NCBI GenBank assembly: GCA_963703345.1
Contig: OY969814.1
Span: 736,001-800,000 of the forward strand
Length of the DNA: 64,000 nt
Source: an uncultured Chloroflexia bacterium
GTDB lineage: Bacteria; Chloroflexota; Dehalococcoidia; DSTF01; JALHUB01
Direction: 5' to 3'
Position numbers and translations under genes: made by a program. Shown piece after piece: positions 55,820-64,000 of the stretch. Each line of letters starts with the position of its first letter. Position 1 is the stretch's first letter. The notes beneath the pieces were generated by a model. That model ran no database searches. It was not told the DNA's origin and saw only the letters and a list, made by a program, of their open reading frames with translations.

Positions 55820-56384
55820 ATGGTGTGTCGCGTGCGTAAGAAATTGGCGGGCAGGATGTTTGTCGCAGCCATCGCGGCGCTGGCGCTGTCGGCGACGGCG
55901 GTTGGCTGCGGAGGCGGCTCGTTCGACGAAAACCGATTCGCCTGATTCTTACGCCGACGTGGTCTGCAACATCATCCTCAAGCATACGGAGGAGGCTGCG
56001 GGTGACATACCTACCATGCCTCCCCATACTTCACTTGAGGACTACGCTGCCTCCAACGCAGATGCACTGAGGAGGACGCTTGCTGTGGGCGTCCCAATGT
56101 TTCGTGCTACCGCCCAAGATCTGGAAAACGTTCAGCCGCCAGCAGAGGTGGCGGGCGCGCACAATGATTTGATCGCCGTTTATGAGCGCTTGGCCGACGG
56201 AATGGATGGGATGGTCACCGCTCTGGACCAGCCGCCGGATGAGGCTGTTGCGACGATTGAGGCCGTCCAGACAGGTCTGGAGGATCCGGGAACCGTATTT
56301 CAGCGATTTCCCGAGAGCTATCGGCAGGCGTTCAGGGAGAACGGCGACTGCATAAACGTTGGGTACATAGCTACGATGCCGTAA
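55820..56384 (+). pseudogene. Frameshifted lipoprotein gene
   Basis: Signal peptide and lipobox (…ALSATAVGCGGG) lie in a different frame from the mature domain; one extra base near 55920. Confidence 0.65.
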
Positions 56385-56473
56385 ATGAACGGCCGCTTCA
56401 TGAGCAGGCCGTTGGACAAAGGGGAGGCCGAGCGTAAGCTCGGCCCTCCGAACGTGTGCAAGTTATGGACGGC

Positions 56474-58159
<1,686 letters not shown>

Positions 58160-58186
58160 TTAGCACTCCCTGGGAAAGAGTGCTAA
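58160..58186. promoter_or_regulatory. CIRCE element (HrcA operator)
   Basis: Perfect TTAGCACTC-N9-GAGTGCTAA upstream of groEL. Confidence 0.96.
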
Positions 58187-58301
58187 CACTATATATTTAG
58201 CGAAGTCGGCGTCGAAATGCAAGTGGGCGTTGACGCATTGTTGGAGGCGATCCGCTCTGCTAGAATTGCGGCAGAAGGCATGACGCCGAGGAGGTAGCAC
58301 C

Positions 58302-58943
58302 ATGATCATCGTCTTGATCGTCATAGTGGCGATTGTCGTGCTGGCAGGCCTGATCCTGCTGGGCATCTACAACGGGCTCATCAGGTCGCGGGTGCGCACG
58401 CAGGAAGCGTGGTCCGGTATCGACGTGCAGCTCAAGAAACGCGCCGACCTCGTCCCGAACCTGGTCGAGACGGTGCGCGGCTACGCGGAGCACGAGCGCG
58501 GAACGTTCGAGGCGGTCACCAACGCCCGCGCGGCGTTGCAGAACGCTACGGGCCCCGCGGAAGCGGCGGCGGCGAACAACATGCTCACCCAGACGCTGCG
58601 GTCGCTGTTCGCCGTGGCGGAGAACTACCCGCAACTGCGCGCCAGCGAGAACTTCCTGGCCCTCCAGAACGAGCTGACGGACGTCGAGGAGAAGATCGCT
58701 TACGCGCGCCAGTTCTACAATCGCAACGTCAGCGACTTCAACGCCCGCATTCAGGTGATGCCGAACGTCTTCATCGCCAACATGATGGGGCTGAAGCCGT
58801 TCGAGTTCTTCGAGGCGGAGGAAGAGGCGCGCGAGGCGCCGCACGTCGCCTTTGGCCCGCCGACGCAGTCGCCGGGCTCGACGTCGGGGCCGCCAACGCA
58901 GTCGCCTGAGTCTCCGACGCCACCGACGCAGCCACCGGCATAG
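58302..58943 (+). CDS. lemA: LemA family protein
   Basis: AWSGIDVQLKKRADLVPNLV and ENYPQLRA motifs. Confidence 0.94.
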   Translation: MIIVLIVIVAIVVLAGLILLGIYNGLIRSRVRTQEAWSGIDVQLKKRADLVPNLVETVRGYAEHERGTFEAVTNARAALQNATGPAEAAAANNMLTQTLRSLFAVAENYPQLRASENFLALQNELTDVEEKIAYARQFYNRNVSDFNARIQVMPNVFIANMMGLKPFEFFEAEEEAREAPHVAFGPPTQSPGSTSGPPTQSPESPTPPTQPPA

Positions 58944-58949
58944 CGACGC

Positions 58950-59870
58950 ATGGCCGAACAACAGAAGGTCCTCGTCTACGACCGCATCGGCGAAAACCGG
59001 CGCAACACGTTCTTCCTGCTGCTGGTGTTCATCATCGTCGTCGGCGCGGCGCTGGTGGCAGTCGGCATCGCGCTGGGGCTGCCGTTCGCGTTCGCGCCGT
59101 TCCTCATCGTCCCGGTCATCATCTACGCGCTCTTCAGCTACTACAGCTCGACGAATGTGACGCTGGCGATCTCGCAGGCGCACCCGGTGACGAAGGAAGA
59201 GGAGCCGGAGTACTACCGGACGGTCGAGAACCTGTGCATCGCCGCCGGCCTGCCGATGCCGAAGCTGTACGTCATCGAGGACCGGGCACCCAACGCCTTC
59301 GCGACCGGTCGCGACCCCAACCACGCCGTCGTCTGCGTCACGCGGGGCCTCCTGCAGAAGATGGACCACCTGGAGCTGGAGGGCGTGATCGCGCACGAGC
59401 TGTCGCACGTCGGCAACTACGACATCCGGCTGATGACGGTGGTCGTGGTGCTGATTGGCGTCGTGGCGTTGCTGTCGGATTTCATGTTCCGCTTCACGAT
59501 CTGGGGCGCCGGCGGCCGGGCAGGCAACCGCGGTCGCAACGGCGGCTCAGCGGTGATCATCATCTACGCCGTCGCGCTGCTGGCGGCGATCCTGGCGCCG
59601 ATAGCGGCGCAGCTCGTCCGGCTGGCGCTGTCACGGCAGCGGGAGTACCTGGCTGACGCGTCGGGGGCGCTGCTGACGCGCTATCCGGAGGGGCTGGCGA
59701 GCGCGCTGGAGAAGATCGAAAAAGACAACGAGCCGCTGGCGGAGGCGAACAAGGCGACGGCGCATCTGTACATCACCAACCCGCTGAACGAGCACTCGAG
59801 CTGGCTGAACAACCTCTTTTCGACGCACCCGCCGATTGAGAAGCGCATCGCCCTCCTCCGGGCAATGTAG
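58950..59870 (+). CDS. htpX: M48 zinc metalloprotease HtpX
   Basis: PNAFATG, HELSH, SRQREYLAD and FSTHPP motifs. Confidence 0.94.
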   Translation: MAEQQKVLVYDRIGENRRNTFFLLLVFIIVVGAALVAVGIALGLPFAFAPFLIVPVIIYALFSYYSSTNVTLAISQAHPVTKEEEPEYYRTVENLCIAAGLPMPKLYVIEDRAPNAFATGRDPNHAVVCVTRGLLQKMDHLELEGVIAHELSHVGNYDIRLMTVVVVLIGVVALLSDFMFRFTIWGAGGRAGNRGRNGGSAVIIIYAVALLAAILAPIAAQLVRLALSRQREYLADASGALLTRYPEGLASALEKIEKDNEPLAEANKATAHLYITNPLNEHSSWLNNLFSTHPPIEKRIALLRAM

Positions 59871-59898
59871 GGGGCGGGTCGCCGGCGGATTCGACGGT

Positions 59899-60093
59899 CT
59901 GGGGGATGAATCCCTCAGCTACGAGATCGTCCAGTGTCGTCGGATCCTGCTAAGCTGAGGGTTTTCAACCCTCAGTGTTGTCTGACCTGTTCTCCACGCA
60001 CCTGCCCATCGAGAAGCGGATCGAGCGGCTGCGCGCGATGTAGGCAGGCGGACGCCTGCGAATCTCTACTGTTCTGAGGGATAAATCCCTCAG
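59899..60093. repeat. Cluster of three CTGAGGG...CCCTCAG REP-like palindromes
   Basis: Located at 59899-59922, 59955-59975 and 60074-60093. Confidence 0.75.
59984..60043 (+). pseudogene. Diverged duplicate of the htpX 3' end
   Basis: DLFSTHLPIEKRIERLRAM* versus HtpX NLFSTHPPIEKRIALLRAM*. Confidence 0.85.
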
Positions 60094-60173
60094 ATTCCAC
60101 TCATCCCCGCCCTTCGAAAGGGCGTCGGGGGCTCCGTGGCCGAGACTTTCCAACGTTTCGGCACGATGTCCTG

Positions 60174-60857
60174 CTATCGTAGTTCGTTTTTGACACGTTG
60201 ATCCACAATGGACACTAGATTCCAATTATCTTGTGGATTCATGTCGGCTGCACCCTGAGTGCTCACGGTTATGACGACTCGTCCTCTACGCCAATACGTG
60301 ACGAACTGACTTTCGTGCGCCATAGGCGGAACCTCTTGGGCATCTGCAGCCACCGTCGCAGAGAAAGTCGTGCTTTCGTCCCCGAACCCAGGCGATGACA
60401 CAATTTGCCGGTCCGAGTTCGGGTCGGGATTTGTCAGACGTTCGTACCTGCTGTGGGCTTCGGCCGTTGTGGAGTAAACGAGAACCTGGTTATACACTTC
60501 GAATACTCCGTGATGAGAGGTGACGAACGGGCCTTCTATCGGAACGTCTGGGTCAGGACCGAAGAACGGATGGCCGAATTGCGCATCCGACGCGTCCAAC
60601 TGCGCTCGGGCCTCATCCGTGTATGCTTCGTTGGTGAGAAATGCGCTGAGAAAGCACTCCTTCTCAGTCTCGACGATGATTGGCGTGAAGTTCGGATTGC
60701 AGTCAGATGATGATTGGGCGGAGAGGAATTGAGTGAACTGTGGCAAGTTTTCGCCCTTCAAGGCCACTTTCTGCGCGATTCCCGCCTTCTGCGAGCTGCA
60801 CGAAAGCAGTACGAACATCGCAGAACAAACCACACAAATCATCTGACGCGTCAACAC
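60174..60857 (-). CDS. Hypothetical lipoprotein
   Basis: Lipobox LLSC; GGAG RBS; lower GC. Confidence 0.7.
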   Translation of the reverse strand: MLTRQMICVVCSAMFVLLSCSSQKAGIAQKVALKGENLPQFTQFLSAQSSSDCNPNFTPIIVETEKECFLSAFLTNEAYTDEARAQLDASDAQFGHPFFGPDPDVPIEGPFVTSHHGVFEVYNQVLVYSTTAEAHSRYERLTNPDPNSDRQIVSSPGFGDESTTFSATVAADAQEVPPMAHESQFVTYWRRGRVVITVSTQGAADMNPQDNWNLVSIVDQRVKNELR

Positions 60858-60906
60858 GGCTACTCCGTACCGCCGTTCCTGAACGGGGTGCTCGGCACTC
60901 TCGTTG

Positions 60907-62412
60907 TTAGTGGGGCGCGCGCCAGATCTCCGTCCACTTGAAGCGACGCGCTACGCCGCGTCCAATCAGCAGCGCCGGTATGGTCGCTGCCAGGCACACG
61001 CCCGACGCCCAGAGGAAGGTGCCGCTGAAGGTGCCCACTTCCAGGCCCGTCAACTGCGATTTGTAGTTCGGGTCGTCCAGCGCCACGGAGCCGGCAAGCT
61101 GGTAGAAATGCCCCAGTCCGCGCGACGTTAGCAGCGCCACGCCGATCAGCATCCCGACGAGTCGCATCACCGTCAGCAGCGCGGAGGCGGTCGCGCGCTC
61201 GTGCTCGGCGACGGAGTTGACGACGGCGGCGCTTATCGGCGCAATCACCAGCCCGAAGCCGAGGCCGGTGAGCATGAGGTTCAGCGTGAATAGGGGGTCG
61301 GCGATATTCGCGCTCCAGAGGTGCATGAGGAAGAAGCCCAGCGAGCTTAGCGCCATGCCGATCGCCGTGGTCCGCTGGTAACCCAGCCAGCCGCCCAGAT
61401 AGCCGCCGGCGATGGCGCCGACCGGCAGCATGACCGTCAGGCGCATGAGGTTGAGACCGCCGTGGAAGTAGGAGCCGCCCAGCACGGCAATCGTGAACAC
61501 CGGCACCGATACCATGGCGACGATCAGGCCGCCGCCCATCAGCATGTGCGTGAAGTTGCCAGCGGCGAAGGCGACGGAGCGGAACAGGGAGAGCGCCAGC
61601 ATCGGCGTTTGGGTGATGCGCTCGCGCCAAACGAAGGCGGCGAAGAAGAGGACGGCCGACAGATAGAGCGACACGGTCAGCCAGACCGGCCGCGCGGCGA
61701 CGGGGTCGTCGGTCAGGGCAACGGCAAGGGTCGTCAGCGCGCCGGCGAGGAGCAGGCCACCCAGGTAATCGACGGACACCCGGCGACGGTCGTGGTCGGG
61801 TGAGGACTTTAGCATGACGATGGCGACGGGGATGACCAGCAGGACGTTGATCCAGAAGTGCCCCCGCCAGCCGAGGAGCTGCACCAGGCTGCCGCCCCAT
61901 AGCGGGCCGAGCAGGCCGCCGCCTTCCGCCGCGGCTCCGAGCAGCCCGAAGCTGAGCACGCGGCGCTCCGGCGGGACGTGCTCGGCGACGATGGCCATCG
62001 AGACGGGGACGAGCGTTCCGGCGCCGAGAGCCTGCAGGGCGCGAGCAATGATGAGCATGTTAAGGGTCTGGCAGGCGGATACCCAGAGGGAGCCGACGAC
62101 GAAGATGCCCAGCGCAACCAGGAACATGCGCCGGTGGCCGTAGACGTCGGCGACGCGGCCCATCAGCGGCATCGCGACCACGTAGCCGAGGATGTAGCCG
62201 TTGACGATCCAGGCTGTGCGGTAGAACTGGTCGACGGGGACGTTGACGCCGTCCATGATCGGCTTCAGGAGCGTGACGACGACCGTCTGGTCCATGGCGC
62301 CGAGGAAGACGGCGAAGCCGACGGCGATGAGCAGCCAGTTGGTCGGGATCGCCAGCGGCCGCGCGATAGCGGGAAGCTCTATGGCCGGGGTTTCGCTTTC
62401 AGAGTACATCAC
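60907..62412 (-). CDS. MFS transporter (DHA2, P55/Rv1410c-like)
   Basis: DQTVV, GRVADVYG, GPLWGG and WRGHFWIN motifs; about 14 TM. Confidence 0.88.
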   Translation of the reverse strand: MMYSESETPAIELPAIARPLAIPTNWLLIAVGFAVFLGAMDQTVVVTLLKPIMDGVNVPVDQFYRTAWIVNGYILGYVVAMPLMGRVADVYGHRRMFLVALGIFVVGSLWVSACQTLNMLIIARALQALGAGTLVPVSMAIVAEHVPPERRVLSFGLLGAAAEGGGLLGPLWGGSLVQLLGWRGHFWINVLLVIPVAIVMLKSSPDHDRRRVSVDYLGGLLLAGALTTLAVALTDDPVAARPVWLTVSLYLSAVLFFAAFVWRERITQTPMLALSLFRSVAFAAGNFTHMLMGGGLIVAMVSVPVFTIAVLGGSYFHGGLNLMRLTVMLPVGAIAGGYLGGWLGYQRTTAIGMALSSLGFFLMHLWSANIADPLFTLNLMLTGLGFGLVIAPISAAVVNSVAEHERATASALLTVMRLVGMLIGVALLTSRGLGHFYQLAGSVALDDPNYKSQLTGLEVGTFSGTFLWASGVCLAATIPALLIGRGVARRFKWTEIWRAPH

Positions 62413-63125
62413 TCAGGTGCGTCTATGGTTATGTCTTCGTTGAACTTCGAGAGCATGAGCCGGCGAACGATGTTGCTCGGCTCGTCGGGAGCGATGGGGC
62501 CTACCAGGTAGACCTGGCGGATCAGCGAGTCGTCCTTGCCGATCCAGACCTTGATGCCGACGGTAAGGCCGGGCTTGGCGATAGGCGCCGCGGCCTGAAG
62601 GACGTCCGACGCGACGCTTCCTTCGACGCGATAGCAGGGCATGCCGTCCACGTTCTCCTCGGCGGTGACCTTCGCATCCTGCAGCGAGCCGACGATGGCC
62701 TTGACGCCCTGCGCCGGGTCGAAGATGTCCTTGATCGACGTGCCGGAGGGCAGGGGCTGCCACTGGCGGCTGAAGGGGTTGGTTATCCAGCCCTGGTCGC
62801 CGATGCCGATCACTTGAACGTTGACCGTCTGCTGGCCGGCCTTGGCGTCGAGCTTGGCGGACATGCGGTCGGGTACGATCACGTCGCCGTCGGCGGTGAT
62901 GAGCGTGAGGCCGGGCGGAATGGGAGAGCCGCCGTTGTCGTGCTCCAGGCGGAAGTGGAACGTCTTCATCGCCTGGAACGAGTTGACGGCCTTCGACAGC
63001 ACCGCGTCCGGCTGCGGCAGCGGTCCCGTCGTAGCCGGCTTATTGGAGTCACCGCCGCCACAGGCAGCGAGGAAGGCGGCGACTACGGCGAGCAGGGCGG
63101 CGACTGCGATAGCGTTTCGTTTCAT
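62409..63125 (-). CDS. LppX/LprAFG-family lipoprotein
   Basis: Lipobox LAAC; FHFRL...ADGD..PD, FDPAQG, VWIGKDD and ITIDAP pattern. Confidence 0.8.
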   Translation of the reverse strand: MKRNAIAVAALLAVVAAFLAACGGGDSNKPATTGPLPQPDAVLSKAVNSFQAMKTFHFRLEHDNGGSPIPPGLTLITADGDVIVPDRMSAKLDAKAGQQTVNVQVIGIGDQGWITNPFSRQWQPLPSGTSIKDIFDPAQGVKAIVGSLQDAKVTAEENVDGMPCYRVEGSVASDVLQAAAPIAKPGLTVGIKVWIGKDDSLIRQVYLVGPIAPDEPSNIVRRLMLSKFNEDITIDAPE

Positions 63126-64000
63126 GGCACCACCTTCACTCCAGATCCGCTGACCACCTTCCCGATTCGCCAGCAGTCGAGCCCGTCGGCGGCCATCCGC
63201 TGCTCCAGCGTCGGGCCGCGCTCCGCCGGGATGGCGAGGAGCAGTCCGCCCGAGGTCTGCGGATCGAACAGGACCTGGACCATCGCCTCTTCGATACTAT
63301 CGTCCATAACGACCGTACCGTCGAGAGCTTCGCGGTTGCGGGCGCCGCCGCCGGTGCCTATGCCGGCGCGGGCGTAGTCGAGAGCGCCTGGCAGGAGCGG
63401 GAGACGCCCCGCTTGGATCTCAAGGGCGACATCGCCGGCCTTCGCCATCTCCGAGCCGTGGCCGAGGAGGCCAAAGCCGGTAACGTCGCACATGGCGTCG
63501 ACGCCGGACGAACAAGCGACGTGGGAGGCGTGGCGATTGAGGGTGAGCATGCTGTCGACGGCGGCGCGCACGTGAGCGGGGTCCGCCTGGTCGCGCTCGT
63601 TGGCGGTGAGAATGATCGCCGTGCCGAGCGGCTTCGTCAGGTAGAGGAGGTCGCCAGCTCTTGCGCCGGCGCGGGTGATGATGCGATTAGGGTGGACAGC
63701 GCCCATGACGCAGAGGCCGTACTTCGGCTCGGCGTCGTAAATCGTATGGCCACCGGCGATGACGCCGCCCCCTTCGGCGACCTTGGCCGCGCCGCCGCGC
63801 AGTATCTCCGCCAGGATCGACGGCGGCAGGTCCTCCGGGAAGCCGACGACGTTGAGGGCGAGGAGGACTTCGGCGCCCATGGCGTAGACGTCGCTCATGG
63901 CGTTGGCGGCGGCGATGGCGCCGTAGGTGTAGGGATCGTCGACGACGGGCGCGAAGAAGTCGACCGTCAGCACGACAGCGAGCTCTTCGCTGACGCGATA
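63122..64000 (-). CDS. selD: Selenide, water dikinase (5' end beyond window)
   Basis: TVDFF.PVVDDP, ANAMSDVYAMG, GGHT, DVTGFGLLGH and DPQTSGGLL motifs. Confidence 0.95.
   Translation of the reverse strand, partial: YRVSEELAVVLTVDFFAPVVDDPYTYGAIAAANAMSDVYAMGAEVLLALNVVGFPEDLPPSILAEILRGGAAKVAEGGGVIAGGHTIYDAEPKYGLCVMGAVHPNRIITRAGARAGDLLYLTKPLGTAIILTANERDQADPAHVRAAVDSMLTLNRHASHVACSSGVDAMCDVTGFGLLGHGSEMAKAGDVALEIQAGRLPLLPGALDYARAGIGTGGGARNREALDGTVVMDDSIEEAMVQVLFDPQTSGGLLLAIPAERGPTLEQRMAADGLDCWRIGKVVSGSGVKVVP

Noticed and set aside
59811-60043. Diversity-generating retroelement VR/TR pair
   Set aside because: Differences are mostly synonymous and not adenine-specific; no reverse transcriptase nearby
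60100-60135. IS200/IS605-like end hairpin (CGCCCTTCGAAAGGGCG)
   Set aside because: No tnpA/tnpB and no partner end; could simply be a terminator

Overview
High-GC bacterial chromosomal window. Gene content (T-box ilv-leu operon, ECF-CbrT, LppX/LprAFG, Pro/Thr-linker surface proteins, HspR plus CIRCE) suggests Chloroflexota, probably Dehalococcoidia; this is an inference. Core content: a cobalamin-riboswitch-controlled ECF uptake operon with two surface proteins, a pterin-binding methyltransferase, gyrA, folD, tRNA-Pro(CGG), ilvBNC-leuACDB, a dnaJ-htrA-hspR-clpC / hsp20 heat-shock locus, two thiolases, groEL, lemA-htpX and selD-lppX-MFS. Small accessory cassettes are interspersed: a HEPN-like ORF, a Rad50/RloC-like ABC ATPase with a small partner, a ClpP-class protease + microprotein + PIN trio, and vapBC. 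The most notable unexplained signal is a dispersed ~230-265 bp non-coding element present three times. Each copy has a conserved sigma70 promoter at one end and a palindromic AATTGAATTCAAT-GGTCAATTA terminus at the other, and each sits at a junction between an accessory cassette and a core gene. Also seen: a second direct repeat, GTAG-type REP hairpins, orphan 3'-gene fragments, a variant c-di-GMP-II riboswitch and a possible selenoprotein. No CRISPR array, integrase or transposase was recognised. All family assignments come from motif reading, not database searches.
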